DNA from: a virus
Lineage: Duplodnaviria; Caudoviricetes
Strand: one strand, 5' to 3'
IMG/VR virus record: IMGVR_UViG_3300049144_000095
Coordinates: 64,001-128,000 of that record
DNA: 64,000 bases
The notes below the pieces were generated by a model that saw only the letters and a program-made list of their open reading frames with translations, ran no database searches and had not been told where the DNA came from. The position numbers and the translations under genes were made by a program. Below, piece after piece: positions 45,713 through 55,122 of the stretch (its first letter is position 1; the number at the start of each line of letters is the position of its first letter).

Positions 45713-46114
45713 GTGGCCTACGTGATTGAAGTCAACAAGCGGGACGTCTCGCGGTACGCGGAGGAGTGTGAGTTCAAGAACGACGACGACCACGAGTGCG
45801 ACGACCAGTGCCGCTACCTGGACGGGGACGTGCGGGAGATTCGCGACTACGGCAAGGCGGAGTACGAGTACGACCCGGACGACGCGGAGCTGTACGGGAC
45901 GCCGGTCCAGTGGGCGTCGGAGTACCTGGGAGGCCACAACTTCCCGGCTCTGAACAAGCCGCAGATCCACGACGGCAAGGTCAGCGAGCACGAGTGGCTG
46001 TCGGCCAGCGACCCGCACCCGTATCAGGAACACGAGACGGAGTACAGCATCTACCTGCGGGGGGACTGGACGCCGGAAGAGCGGGCGCAGGTCTTCGAAG
46101 CGGTCGGGCACTGA
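45713..46114 (+). CDS. Highly acidic protein
   Basis: EECEFKNDDDHECDD; ACGGAAAGGAG SD. Confidence 0.7.
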   Translation: MAYVIEVNKRDVSRYAEECEFKNDDDHECDDQCRYLDGDVREIRDYGKAEYEYDPDDAELYGTPVQWASEYLGGHNFPALNKPQIHDGKVSEHEWLSASDPHPYQEHETEYSIYLRGDWTPEERAQVFEAVGH

Positions 46115-46125
46115 GGGGGTTACGG

Positions 46126-46602
46126 GTGAAGCACACGTACCTGTACCCCCTGAAGGACGGGGAGCTGCCGCTCTGGCGGATGGCTCGCACGGGGGCGGCC
46201 GACCTGTTCGATTCCCCCCAGGAGGAACCGCCGAGCGTCATGTGGGAGCACTACATGCGGCTCAGCGACGCTCTGGGGGCCGCCCGGGACGAACTGCACA
46301 AGCGGCTGGAGTCCCGGGACCGCATCTGCATCGGGCGGCACTACATGATCCCCGGTTCACTGTGCGAGGTGGCACAGAGTCACGAGAGAGACGCGGATCA
46401 GGTGGTCCGCTACGTCACCCGGGAACTGTGGGACGCACCGCTGTTCTACGGGATCACGTGGGCCAACGTGGTCGGCACGCTCCAGAGGGCGGCGGGGCAG
46501 GACGGCCGTGACGAGTGGGCGGAGATCCAGGGGTTCTGCGCAGTCAACAGGATGTCGAAGGACAACGGGAAGGGCATTCGCGTGGTCCCGGTGTGGATGT
46601 GA
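46126..46602 (+). CDS. Hypothetical protein
   Basis: MKHTYLYPL start re-called. Confidence 0.6.
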   Translation: MKHTYLYPLKDGELPLWRMARTGAADLFDSPQEEPPSVMWEHYMRLSDALGAARDELHKRLESRDRICIGRHYMIPGSLCEVAQSHERDADQVVRYVTRELWDAPLFYGITWANVVGTLQRAAGQDGRDEWAEIQGFCAVNRMSKDNGKGIRVVPVWM

Positions 46603-46616
46603 AGGGACCGACGTAC

Positions 46617-46654
46617 TTCGGGGGTGCGCGGGAGTGATCCCGCGTGCCTCCGTG
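46617..46654 (+). repeat. Conserved intergenic hairpin element
   Basis: TTCGGGGGTGCGCGGGA-GTGA-TCCCGCGTGCCTCCGTG. Confidence 0.8.
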
Positions 46655-46685
46655 GGCCGGACGATCCAAGCGGAAGGGAGAGAAC

Positions 46686-46922
46686 GTGGGTGAGGCCCGG
46701 CTGGACGAGGTCAACAGGAAGATCGCGGAACTGGAAGCGCGGAGAGCCGAACTCCTGGATCCGAAGCGACAGGAGATCCGGGAAGCGTACGGAGAGTTGG
46801 AGCGGGTCCTGAACCGGCTCGATGAGCTGGGTGAGAACGTGTCGAACGGCGACGGATATGCCGTCCATGTCGTCGGATCTCGGTTCCGCTACACGCACGG
46901 CGACGACCTTCAGGAGAGGTGA
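46686..46922 (+). CDS. Small coiled-coil protein
   Basis: LDEVNRKIAELEARRAEL. Confidence 0.65.
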   Translation: MGEARLDEVNRKIAELEARRAELLDPKRQEIREAYGELERVLNRLDELGENVSNGDGYAVHVVGSRFRYTHGDDLQER

Positions 46923-46928
46923 AGAGAC

Positions 46929-47354
46929 ATGCTGGACAGTTGGGTGATCACGGACGCCGACGAGACCTGGGACTTCCGGGTCGAGGTCAAGCGGGACGAC
47001 CAAGCGGGACGGCCGGAGGGGAACGCCGACGTCTACGACGCCGAGATCATGGAGAAGGAGAGTCCCGAGGCGGTGCAGTGGGCCCGGGACGCCGTGAAGG
47101 CGTGGGAGCGCGACGACTGGTGCTTCGCCGTGATCTTCGTGACGCCGGTCCTCAAGGGAGCGGACGTCACCTTCGGTGAGGCCACGGACGTGCTCGGCGG
47201 GTGTGACTGGGGGTGGCTGCCCGGCGGGGAGGACGGGAAGGGCACGAACACCAGCGACCGCGACTATGCCCGGGAGGCCTGGATCAACGACATGATCGGC
47301 GAGGCCAAGAGCAAGGCGGGCGAACTACTGAAGAAGATCAAGGGTTCGGACTGA
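46929..47354 (+). CDS. Acidic conserved phage-type protein
   Basis: AWERDDWCFAVIFV...LGGCD. Confidence 0.7.
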   Translation: MLDSWVITDADETWDFRVEVKRDDQAGRPEGNADVYDAEIMEKESPEAVQWARDAVKAWERDDWCFAVIFVTPVLKGADVTFGEATDVLGGCDWGWLPGGEDGKGTNTSDRDYAREAWINDMIGEAKSKAGELLKKIKGSD

Positions 47355-47364
47355 AGGGCGCCTC

Positions 47365-47673
47365 GTGGAGATCGCAGTAAGCGGCCAGACGATCACGTGC
47401 GTGACCCGAGGGGAGTTCACGGGCAGGCGGCCTGAGTTCGACGTCGCCTTCGGCACCTCCGGAGCGTATGTCGCGGTGGAGTACGAGTGCCGGTTCACCT
47501 ACGACAACGGACAGTGGGACACGCGCGCTGTCACGGTCGTGGGTGCTGCCAAGAAGGGCGATGGGAGCGTCGGCCGCCGCACGCGCAGCGTGCACTTCAT
47601 CGTGAGTGCCGAGGGCACCCCGGACTGGGTGCCGTCCCTCATCGAGCGCGTTCGCGCGACCATCACGTTCTGA
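47365..47673 (+). CDS. Hypothetical protein
   Basis: Array gene. Confidence 0.6.
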   Translation: MEIAVSGQTITCVTRGEFTGRRPEFDVAFGTSGAYVAVEYECRFTYDNGQWDTRAVTVVGAAKKGDGSVGRRTRSVHFIVSAEGTPDWVPSLIERVRATITF

Positions 47674-47700
47674 CGTACGGACGGAAGGGAGAAGGAATGG

Positions 47701-47991
47701 ATGAGCGGCAAGGTGCTGGGCGACTACGCCATCCTCAAGGACTCGGTGCATGACGCGCTCAACTACGAGTCGGAGGACCAGCGGTACATGATCCTCTCGA
47801 CGGGTGTGCACGGCGACGGTCCGGAGTACGGGCACGGAGTCTCGTTCGCCACGACGCTCGGCAGGGCGCACGGTGACGCCGACTGGGCGGGAACCTACGG
47901 GAAGCACTCGATCGTCGTGGACCTGGAGAACATGGTGTTCACGCCATGGGACAAGCTGCCGGTCGTGTACGACAGCACGAACGAGGGCTGA
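47701..47991 (+). CDS. Hypothetical protein
   Basis: ACGGAAGGGAG leader; IVVDLEN. Confidence 0.7.
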   Translation: MSGKVLGDYAILKDSVHDALNYESEDQRYMILSTGVHGDGPEYGHGVSFATTLGRAHGDADWAGTYGKHSIVVDLENMVFTPWDKLPVVYDSTNEG

Positions 47992-48005
47992 CCGAAGCGT
48001 GCCGG

Positions 48006-48040
48006 TTCGGGAGGGTGCGGCGCAGCCGTGCCTTCCAGTG
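48006..48040 (+). repeat. Conserved intergenic hairpin element
   Basis: TTCGGGAGGGTGCGGC-GCA-GCCGTGCCTTCCAGTG. Confidence 0.85.
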
Positions 48041-48076
48041 CCAGTACGAAACGGACGGAAAGGACAAGAAACGATC

Positions 48077-48574
48077 ATGACCAAGAGCCTGGACGAACTG
48101 CTGCACGGACCGAGCGCGCTGCCGGTGCTGGTGCGGGCCGACGGGACTTACGAGACGGCCGCGTACCCGCCCGTCACGATGGCGGAGTATGCCCCGGAGT
48201 CGATCATGATCGACTGGTCGGGCGACTGGGACATGCCCGACGTACTGGAAGGACACGAGCGTGACGCCATCGCTCGTATCGAGAACGGGTGGCGGGTGCT
48301 GACCGGGTGGGCCGGACCGGGAACTCTGTTCATCTTCGACGCCGGTCAGCGGCACTTCGGGCGCGACCTGGAGGAACACATCCTGGAGACGCCGGGCCTA
48401 TGGGCGATCGTCTCGGTGGAAATACAGCCGCCGCACTGTGACGTCGGGGACGACGGGATGCCGTGTGCCGATTTCGCGGAGCACGAGCGCTGCGAACACG
48501 TCGACTGCCTGGCAGAGTCGCAGGCGGCCGGATGGGCGCTGATCCACAAGGAAATCCCGGAGGGCGGGAAGTGA
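48077..48574 (+). CDS. Acidic hypothetical protein
   Basis: ACGGAAAGGA SD. Confidence 0.7.
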   Translation: MTKSLDELLHGPSALPVLVRADGTYETAAYPPVTMAEYAPESIMIDWSGDWDMPDVLEGHERDAIARIENGWRVLTGWAGPGTLFIFDAGQRHFGRDLEEHILETPGLWAIVSVEIQPPHCDVGDDGMPCADFAEHERCEHVDCLAESQAAGWALIHKEIPEGGK

Positions 48575-48792
48575 GCGGATCGGCGGAGCTGAACTGGGTG
48601 ACCTGGAACGGCCACCCGGCAAGCGGTACCAGGTACCAGGAAGCCACGGACGGCGACGGTAAGACGTGGGCACGGGTGCGGGTGGGTGAGGAAGTCGTGT
48701 TCGGTCCGACAGTCGACACCGACAAGGCGTATGCGGAGTACAACCGCAGGTACGTCGACTACACGAGCAAGATCGAGAAGGAGAACGCGTGA
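48571..48792 (+). CDS. Small hypothetical protein
   Basis: GTGA overlap. Confidence 0.6.
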   Translation: MSGSAELNWVTWNGHPASGTRYQEATDGDGKTWARVRVGEEVVFGPTVDTDKAYAEYNRRYVDYTSKIEKENA

Positions 48793-49223
48793 CGCACTAC
48801 AGCATCGGCGAGGAACGCGACGGATCGTTCGAGGGCTGGCGGGAGTGGCCGTTCCTGATCGACGGCGACGAGCGCGGCAAGGTCGAGTACACCGGCAAGG
48901 GATACCGGGCGGACGTCACGTACACCGGCGTCGAGCGGCTGTCCCTGCGCCTGGCCGTGGCCGACGGGGAGCGGCAGGCGGAGGCGAAGCGTGGCCAGTT
49001 CTCCGGGACCGGGGTGAACGTCGAGGTCAGGGCGCTCGCCGCCACGGACACGAAGCCGTCCCGGCTGGCGGTCATCGCCGGGGACGGCACCCGCACGGAA
49101 GTGCCGTGGGATCACAGCTACGAGGGGATCCGGCTCGCCGAGACGGCGGTCCGGCGGATGATGCCAGACGCGGAGCCGGTGTACATCAAGGGCACCAAAG
49201 ACGGCTGGCTGTTCCGGATCTGA
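48789..49223 (+). CDS. Hypothetical protein
   Basis: GTGA overlap; VKALAATDTKPSR-like motif. Confidence 0.7.
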   Translation: MTHYSIGEERDGSFEGWREWPFLIDGDERGKVEYTGKGYRADVTYTGVERLSLRLAVADGERQAEAKRGQFSGTGVNVEVRALAATDTKPSRLAVIAGDGTRTEVPWDHSYEGIRLAETAVRRMMPDAEPVYIKGTKDGWLFRI

Positions 49224-49237
49224 GGAAAGGGAAGATC

Positions 49238-49624
49238 GTGACTGACACCTGGCGGGTCGAAGACATCCCGGCCTATCAGTTCGACGGCAGCGGACGGCGC
49301 CCGATGACGGACGAGGACGCGGCAATGTCCGCCCCGTCCGTTCTGATCAGGGACGTCACGCTGGAGGAGGCGCAGCGCAAGCTGTTCGGACACCTGACCG
49401 CCAACCGTGAGTACGCCAAGCGGCGCAACGGGGACCGCGCCTACACCGAGGCAATCGAGGCTCTGGGGCGCGGTGTCCGCATGGTCCAGGTCGGCGGGCG
49501 GGGTTTCCGCATCAGGGACGTCGCCGCCTGTGAAGGAGAGCACGGCCTGTACAAGAACTGCGCGGTCTGCACCCCCGAGAACCACCCGAAGTTCGATCCC
49601 ATCGTCCTGCGTCCGTACCGCTGA
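49238..49624 (+). CDS. Hypothetical protein
   Basis: GGAAAGGG SD; C..H...CAVC tail. Confidence 0.65.
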   Translation: MTDTWRVEDIPAYQFDGSGRRPMTDEDAAMSAPSVLIRDVTLEEAQRKLFGHLTANREYAKRRNGDRAYTEAIEALGRGVRMVQVGGRGFRIRDVAACEGEHGLYKNCAVCTPENHPKFDPIVLRPYR

Positions 49625-49633
49625 GCGGGGATG

Positions 49634-49681
49634 TTCGGGAAGATTCGGAGTCTTCCACTCCGGATTCCGAATCTTCCAGTG
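49634..49681 (+). repeat. Conserved intergenic hairpin element (longest stem)
   Basis: TTCGGGAAGATTCGGAGTC-loop-GATTCCGAATCTTCCAGTG. Confidence 0.85.
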
Positions 49682-49735
49682 CATCTCTGACCGGTGACGA
49701 ACAACCCGAATCGGAACGAAATAGGAGAAGGAGAC

Positions 49736-50248
49736 ATGGAAGGCGCACCGCTCTGCCCCCTGTGCAGGATCCGGCCGTGCGAGTACGACAGCGAACCGCC
49801 GGGACCGGGCGGCCACTTCAGTACATGCACCACGTGCTTGCTGCTCTACGGATATCGGGAGCACAACCACACCTACTACCCCAGCCCGGCGCAGGTGGCG
49901 GCCGGTACGTACAAGGCGGGTCACTCGTGGCGCACCTCGGTCTCGGTCCATCCGCTCTGGGAGAACGGGAAGCTCGTCGGTTTCCGCTGTTCCGAGTTCA
50001 GCGAGTGCGGATGGGAGCGCCGGTTCACACCCGAGGAACTGGAGCCGTGCTGTGTGCACAGCACGGCCGTGTACCCGATCGTGAAGATCAAGGGGTTGTG
50101 CTTCACGAGCCGGAAGCACCGGGCGGAACGCGGAGAGTGCGACGAGCGCGGTTACATCACGGACTACGGACGGGAGCAGGAACGGCTGCGCTCGGACGCC
50201 GCGAACTGGGACCCGGGCCGGTGCATCGAGAGGGTGAGGCAAGGGTGA
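49736..50248 (+). CDS. Cys-rich hypothetical protein
   Basis: CPLC, CTTC, CSE..CGW, CC, C. Confidence 0.65.
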   Translation: MEGAPLCPLCRIRPCEYDSEPPGPGGHFSTCTTCLLLYGYREHNHTYYPSPAQVAAGTYKAGHSWRTSVSVHPLWENGKLVGFRCSEFSECGWERRFTPEELEPCCVHSTAVYPIVKIKGLCFTSRKHRAERGECDERGYITDYGREQERLRSDAANWDPGRCIERVRQG

Positions 50249-50430
50249 GCGAGCCGTATCGGAAGGGCTACAAGATCACCCCGAACGGCGGAGCGGAGAT
50301 CTTCACACCCTGCCCGACGGTCGCCTGGGAGTGGAAGGCCTCGCCGTCCGCGAAGGTGGTGGAGGTCGCCATGGACGGGCCGGAGCACGATCCGGACGAG
50401 TGCAAGACCTGTGTGCAGTACATGAGCTGA
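50245..50430 (+). CDS. Small hypothetical protein
   Basis: GTGA overlap; H...CKTC. Confidence 0.6.
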   Translation: MSEPYRKGYKITPNGGAEIFTPCPTVAWEWKASPSAKVVEVAMDGPEHDPDECKTCVQYMS

Positions 50431-50441
50431 CGGCGGGAGCA

Positions 50442-50480
50442 TTCGGGAGGGTTCCGGGCTGAATTCGGAACCTTCCAGTG
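50442..50480 (+). repeat. Conserved intergenic hairpin element
   Basis: TTCGGGAGGGTTCCGGG-loop-TTCGGAACCTTCCAGTG. Confidence 0.85.
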
Positions 50481-50530
50481 TGTTCCTGATCCACATGAAC
50501 ACCTTGAATCTTGACGGAAGGGAGTAAAAG

Positions 50531-50914
50531 ATGACGAACGGGACGGCGGCGATCACGTTCACGAAGGCCACGGTGAGGGAGGTCGCCGGGCGGGCGAAGG
50601 TGTTCACCGAGGGCGAGTTCGCACTGGAGACGACCGGGAGCGACCTGGGCAACGGGGTCCGGTACTTCGACGCACACACGCAGACCGTGTGGTTCGGGTC
50701 GAAGGGCGCGCGGCAGGCCTGCGCCTACTACATCGGCGGGATGCTCGGCACGGCGCAGTACGGCGACCGGCTGATCTCGGACGAGGACATGACCTACCTG
50801 AAGCGCGTGCAGGCCGCCTACATGAACGGCTCGCAGGCACGCAGGCGCGACATGGAGAACTGGGAAGAGCAGGGACGGGAGCGCGCCCGGCTGGGATTCG
50901 AAACCGCCAAGTGA
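50531..50914 (+). CDS. Hypothetical protein
   Basis: ACGGAAGGGAG SD. Confidence 0.7.
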   Translation: MTNGTAAITFTKATVREVAGRAKVFTEGEFALETTGSDLGNGVRYFDAHTQTVWFGSKGARQACAYYIGGMLGTAQYGDRLISDEDMTYLKRVQAAYMNGSQARRRDMENWEEQGRERARLGFETAK

Positions 50915-51165
50915 ACCGGTTCCAGCTCACGGTCACACCGCCCGGCGGGAATCCGATCCGCAAGGCCCCCACTCTGACGCAGGAGGTCTCGGCGTATCAG
51001 GCGATGGTGATTCTGATGAACGCCGATCCGGCCGTGGCGGTGGCGGAGCCGGTCGACTACCCCACGGCCCGGGAGTTCGGCCGGGGACTGAGCAGGGCGC
51101 CGAGCCGGTACGAGGTGAGAGACCGGCAGACCGGCATCACCTTCATGATCGAACGCACGAACTGA
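50911..51165 (+). CDS. Hypothetical protein
   Basis: GTGA overlap. Confidence 0.6.
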   Translation: MNRFQLTVTPPGGNPIRKAPTLTQEVSAYQAMVILMNADPAVAVAEPVDYPTAREFGRGLSRAPSRYEVRDRQTGITFMIERTN

Positions 51166-51185
51166 CGGAACGGAGAAGAGGCGTA

Positions 51186-51854
51186 ATGCAGGGCACCGTC
51201 ACGCTCAAGAACGGCAAGGAAGTCGGCACTGGCACCTGGTTCGAGGGGAGAATGGGCTGGCACAACACCTACCGGATCATCGAGACCGCCGAGACGCACG
51301 GCTTCACGATGGACGCCGACGACCGGAAGGCGCTGGACTGGTACAAGGAGACGTCCGGCGGCTGCGGGAACGGAACCGACGACGAAGAGGACATGGCGGA
51401 GGCGATCGTCGGGCAGGGCGGCCTGTCGGACAGGGCCAGCGACTACATGGAGGAGCTGCTGCCCGACGGGTGGACGCTGCTCTGGGATGCCGGGGAGCTG
51501 TCCCTGGTGCAGAGCTACGTGGCGTGCAGCTTCCACGGCAACGGATGCGACGTCGACTTCGACCCCCGCACCGGCCGCGAGATCGTCAACCTGTGCTACG
51601 ACGACCGGCCGGACTACAAGATCAAGGTGAGCCTGCTGCGCAGCGACGGCCACTGGGTCGCGTACGGCATCGCCCTGCGGGACGAGGACGAGGACATGAC
51701 GCCGCTGGCCAGCACCGACACCACGTTCGAGGCTCCCGGGTTGGACAACCTGAAGGTCGAGGGCGACCACTGGCACCCGAGCACGATCCCTTCGCGGCAC
51801 GTGCGGGAGGCCGCCGAGAAACTGGTCGCCGAGTACGAGCGCATCAAGCGCTGA
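51186..51854 (+). CDS. Highly acidic protein
   Basis: Many D/E clusters (DDEEDMAE, DEDEDM). Confidence 0.75.
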   Translation: MQGTVTLKNGKEVGTGTWFEGRMGWHNTYRIIETAETHGFTMDADDRKALDWYKETSGGCGNGTDDEEDMAEAIVGQGGLSDRASDYMEELLPDGWTLLWDAGELSLVQSYVACSFHGNGCDVDFDPRTGREIVNLCYDDRPDYKIKVSLLRSDGHWVAYGIALRDEDEDMTPLASTDTTFEAPGLDNLKVEGDHWHPSTIPSRHVREAAEKLVAEYERIKR

Positions 51855-51924
51855 AGGAGCACACCGGCGGCATGTGCACGGCGGAAGCCGGGCGAAAACG
51901 AGTATCAACGGAGGGGATGAACGG

Positions 51925-52287
51925 ATGTCCGAACAGAACACGATGAAGGTGCTGCGTGCGGTGCGCTTCGAGCTGGACCCGGAGGTGGGCGGCCCCGCAG
52001 TCGAAGGAGCACCGGAGATCTTCTACAGCCGACTGGACGTCATGGAGATCGAACTGCCCGAGGGGGGCACGGACGTGCTGGCCTCGGCGACGGACTCACA
52101 GGGGTCGGTCCACTGGGGGCGCTCCCTGGCCGACTTCGACGCGACGGTGGCGCTCAACGAGCGCAAGGAACGCGCCCTTGGGGCGATCCTGAGCGGCCCG
52201 GACGTGATCGTGCCGGTGGGGAGTCCGGCCATGGTGCCGGGGCCCGACCTGGCCAAGGTGGAACCGGTGCGCAAGCTCAAGAACTGA
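51925..52287 (+). CDS. Hypothetical protein
   Basis: GGAGGGG SD. Confidence 0.6.
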   Translation: MSEQNTMKVLRAVRFELDPEVGGPAVEGAPEIFYSRLDVMEIELPEGGTDVLASATDSQGSVHWGRSLADFDATVALNERKERALGAILSGPDVIVPVGSPAMVPGPDLAKVEPVRKLKN

Positions 52288-52299
52288 CCGCCCCTGCGG

Positions 52300-52335
52300 T
52301 TCGGGCGTGCACGGATCTCGCCGTGCACGCCCGTG
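52300..52335 (+). repeat. Conserved intergenic hairpin element
   Basis: TT-CGGGCGTGCACGG-loop-CCGTGCACGCCCG-TG, perfect 13-bp stem. Confidence 0.85.
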
Positions 52336-52361
52336 TTGTACAGACGAAAGGGAGAGCGAAG

Positions 52362-52721
52362 GTGGACCTCAAGTACAGCCGTGAGGAGTGGCTGAGCGCC
52401 GTTGAGGCGGCTGAGCTGTACGAGTGGGACGAGATCGACGCCGGGGAGAAGCACGGTCCGTTGGCGGAGTGGCTGTGCCGGGACGTGTACACGCACGAGA
52501 AGGTCGACCACGATGTGGATGTGATCACGGCGGCGATCAACGCGCTCAGGGTGCAGGGTGAGGAGGACTTCAGTCCCGAGCGGCTGGTCACCGTGCTCTG
52601 GTCGCACATCGGCGAGGTCTGGGTGGACGACAAGGTCGAGCCGCGCGAGGGCGAGGTCCAGGTCGAACCGGAAGGGACCGCTTCGCTGGCTGCCCATCGT
52701 TTCGACACGGCCAAGTGGTGA
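52362..52721 (+). CDS. Acidic protein
   Basis: ACGAAAGGGAG SD. Confidence 0.7.
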   Translation: MDLKYSREEWLSAVEAAELYEWDEIDAGEKHGPLAEWLCRDVYTHEKVDHDVDVITAAINALRVQGEEDFSPERLVTVLWSHIGEVWVDDKVEPREGEVQVEPEGTASLAAHRFDTAKW

Positions 52722-52731
52722 CGGAGGGGTC

Positions 52732-52917
52732 ATGACGAGCATCGCACGCATGATCGAAGTGCTTCAGAACGTACCGGAGGGGATGCAGGGCAAGACGCTC
52801 GTCCTGTTCGGCCCGCAGGGTCAGCGGTGGACGGTGCGGGAGGACGTCACTCAGCTCAACGTGCAGGGGGACGAGATCCACGTGTTCGTCGAACCGCAGG
52901 AGCGGCCCTCCGTGTGA
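52732..52917 (+). CDS. Small hypothetical protein
   Basis: ACGGAGGGG SD. Confidence 0.6.
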   Translation: MTSIARMIEVLQNVPEGMQGKTLVLFGPQGQRWTVREDVTQLNVQGDEIHVFVEPQERPSV

Positions 52918-52953
52918 TTCGGGAGCGCCCGGAGGGGGCCGGGCGCTGACGTG
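52918..52953 (+). repeat. Conserved intergenic hairpin element (GACG-tail class)
   Basis: TTCGGG-AGCGCCCGG-loop-CCGGGCGCT-GACGTG. Confidence 0.85.
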
Positions 52954-52984
52954 TCCCACGGAGGCAACGGAAGGGGAAGCGCAA

Positions 52985-53224
52985 GTGATGGACTACGACG
53001 ACATGAGGGACTGGCAGTACCGGGAGGAGAATCCCGGCTACGAACGGTCGATCGGCCTGACGGCCAGTGACCTGGCGGACTGTGACCCGGAGATGGCCGT
53101 TGAGGTCGCCGGGATCTACGCCCGGGACAACCGTAAGCGCCAGGAGAACAACCTGCGTGCGGACAACGCGCGGCTGCGGGCGCTGCTGAAGGAGCACGGG
53201 ATCGACCCGGACGAACAGGACTGA
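52985..53224 (+). CDS. Small acidic protein with C-terminal coiled coil
   Basis: LRADNARLRALLKEHGIDP. Confidence 0.7.
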   Translation: MMDYDDMRDWQYREENPGYERSIGLTASDLADCDPEMAVEVAGIYARDNRKRQENNLRADNARLRALLKEHGIDPDEQD

Positions 53225-53237
53225 TCACCACGCGTCA

Positions 53238-53270
53238 CGGGAGCGTCCGGACTCGCGCCGGGCGCTGACG
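53238..53270 (+). repeat. Conserved intergenic hairpin element (GACG-tail class)
   Basis: CGGG-AGCGTCCGG-loop-CCGGGCGCT-GACG. Confidence 0.75.
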
Positions 53271-53312
53271 CGTCTCGTGGTGAGACGTAATCGAACGGAC
53301 TGGAGAAGAGAC

Positions 53313-53867
53313 ATGCTCAAGAGACTGAAGCGTGCGCTGGGCGCGGAGGTGGCCGACGGTGAGCCGGGAACCGGCGTGGTCGGCCGGGTGGGCACCTCCC
53401 CTGCGGGCAACTCGATCCTGGAGATCGGCACGCTCAACGAGGACAAGTCCTGGACCAAGCTGCGGGACGGCGGTCACATCGTTCTGAACCCGGACGAGCG
53501 GGAGGTGCTGATCGGGTCGTTGGAATCCCACCGGCCCTACCGCGTGCTCGAACTCGGCGACGTCGTCACCGTGAAGGGCGAGGAGTACGAGGTGCTGGCC
53601 GTGCACTACCTCAACGCCACGGCCGACGGCGAACACCTGCGCGGCGCCATCCTGACGTACAGCGCCAACAAGCAGCAGTGGGCGGTGTTCACGGCGAACC
53701 CGCAGGGCGAGGCGAACTACGGCACCTACACCCCCCACTCGCAGGACGCGCTGAACGCGTACGCCACGCGCATCGTGGAGCACACGTACACGCACTTCAA
53801 CGCCACGCCTCCGGCGCTCACGTTCGCTCACGTCGCCGACCGGGACAAGCTGAGGTCCGGGACGTGA
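53313..53867 (+). CDS. Hypothetical protein
   Basis: GGAGAAGAG SD. Confidence 0.7.
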   Translation: MLKRLKRALGAEVADGEPGTGVVGRVGTSPAGNSILEIGTLNEDKSWTKLRDGGHIVLNPDEREVLIGSLESHRPYRVLELGDVVTVKGEEYEVLAVHYLNATADGEHLRGAILTYSANKQQWAVFTANPQGEANYGTYTPHSQDALNAYATRIVEHTYTHFNATPPALTFAHVADRDKLRSGT

Positions 53868-54475
53868 ACCTGAACCTGACGGGCCTCCGGGTCGTCGCCG
53901 ACGTGAAGGGTCAGACGGTCTACGGGGTGGCCAGGGTGCGCTACCTGGACGGCCACCGGAACGCCGGTACCTACGAACTGGAGCGCAACGGTCAGCCGCC
54001 AGTCCTGGTGCCGTGGGAGGACTGCTCACCGGGCCCCAACTGGGTGGACACCCCAGAGGAGCACCGGTTCGCCGGAACAGAGTTCTACCGACCCGCCTTT
54101 CTGGACGAGACGCGCCGGGCCTACCTGACGGCGGGGTGCGGGGTGATTGTTCCGGGTGACATGGACCAGCTCCGCAACCTGATCGCCAAGGTCGAACCGG
54201 GCGACAGCGTGAACTGGTACAACTACGGCGCGAACGAGTTCCGGGGTGATCTCACGGTCGACTCGAAGGACGAGCGAGAGGTAGCACTCTCGGGATCGGC
54301 GAACGCACCGAAGTCGTATCGGTGGCCGGACGCCGAGGAGTTCGGTCCACAGTACGCGCACGAGTTCGAGGTCGCCGGTACCGCCCTGCACATCGTGAGG
54401 GTGCCTCCGGCCCGGACGGGCAAGCACCCCTCCCGTTCCCTGTCGCTCACGTTCCGGCGCCCGAGGGTGCTCTGA
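53864..54475 (+). CDS. Hypothetical protein
   Basis: GTGA overlap. Confidence 0.65.
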   Translation: MNLNLTGLRVVADVKGQTVYGVARVRYLDGHRNAGTYELERNGQPPVLVPWEDCSPGPNWVDTPEEHRFAGTEFYRPAFLDETRRAYLTAGCGVIVPGDMDQLRNLIAKVEPGDSVNWYNYGANEFRGDLTVDSKDEREVALSGSANAPKSYRWPDAEEFGPQYAHEFEVAGTALHIVRVPPARTGKHPSRSLSLTFRRPRVL

Positions 54476-54489
54476 AGAAAGGGGAGATC

Positions 54490-54741
54490 ATGGAATCCAG
54501 GGAGATCGACCTGCCGGAGGGATACCTCACGGTGAAGGTGCCGGGCGGGATCGTGGTGATCTCGGCGGGGCTGATCGACACGCGCACCAAGGACCCGGTG
54601 GTCGTCGTGAACGTCGACTCCAAGCACGAGTCCTCGCCGGACAGTGACGACCGGCTGTGGACCGTGGACGAGTTCCGTCCGTACGGCAAGCCGGGTGAGG
54701 TCAAGATGCGCGGCGTGAAGTGGAAGAAGGGGGGCGCATGA
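54490..54741 (+). CDS. Hypothetical protein
   Basis: GAAAGGGGAG SD. Confidence 0.65.
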   Translation: MESREIDLPEGYLTVKVPGGIVVISAGLIDTRTKDPVVVVNVDSKHESSPDSDDRLWTVDEFRPYGKPGEVKMRGVKWKKGGA

Positions 54742-54983
54742 GCTACGAGGCCTACGAGTTCAACCCGGGGCCGGGCGGGGTCGAAGTGGTGAAGGTGCCA
54801 CAGATGGACGTCCCTCGGCGCCTGCTGAAGGACGTGCGCAAGGGCCGGGTCGTCATCAGTGGCCAGGTGGAGCACCAGGACTCCGGGGAGACGGCGGTCT
54901 CGATCGTCTGGGGCCCTCACCGCAGGACGGACGGCAGTCGTCCGGTGCTCGCCTGGTACGAGTGCCTGGGACGCGATAGCTGA
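54738..54983 (+). CDS. Hypothetical protein
   Basis: ATGA overlap. Confidence 0.65.
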   Translation: MSYEAYEFNPGPGGVEVVKVPQMDVPRRLLKDVRKGRVVISGQVEHQDSGETAVSIVWGPHRRTDGSRPVLAWYECLGRDS

Positions 54984-55040
54984 ACGCCTGGACGGTAATT
55001 CAGGCAAGAGTCACGAACGGGCTACTGAGTTCTGCTATCG

Positions 55041-55052
55041 TGGCCTAGGCCG
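55041..55052. promoter_or_regulatory. Palindromic operator-like site
   Basis: TGGCCTAGGCCG abutting extended -10 TGCTATCGT (55033-55041). Confidence 0.75.
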
Positions 55053-55057
55053 ACGGG

Positions 55058-55099
55058 TTCGGGAGTGGCCGGTCCTTCACGGGACCGGCCACTGACGTA
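55058..55099 (+). repeat. Conserved intergenic hairpin element (GACG-tail class)
   Basis: TTCGGG-AGTGGCCGGTCC-loop-GGACCGGCCACT-GACGTA. Confidence 0.85.
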
Positions 55100-55122
55100 C
55101 TTGCCGGACACGGAAGGGAGAA

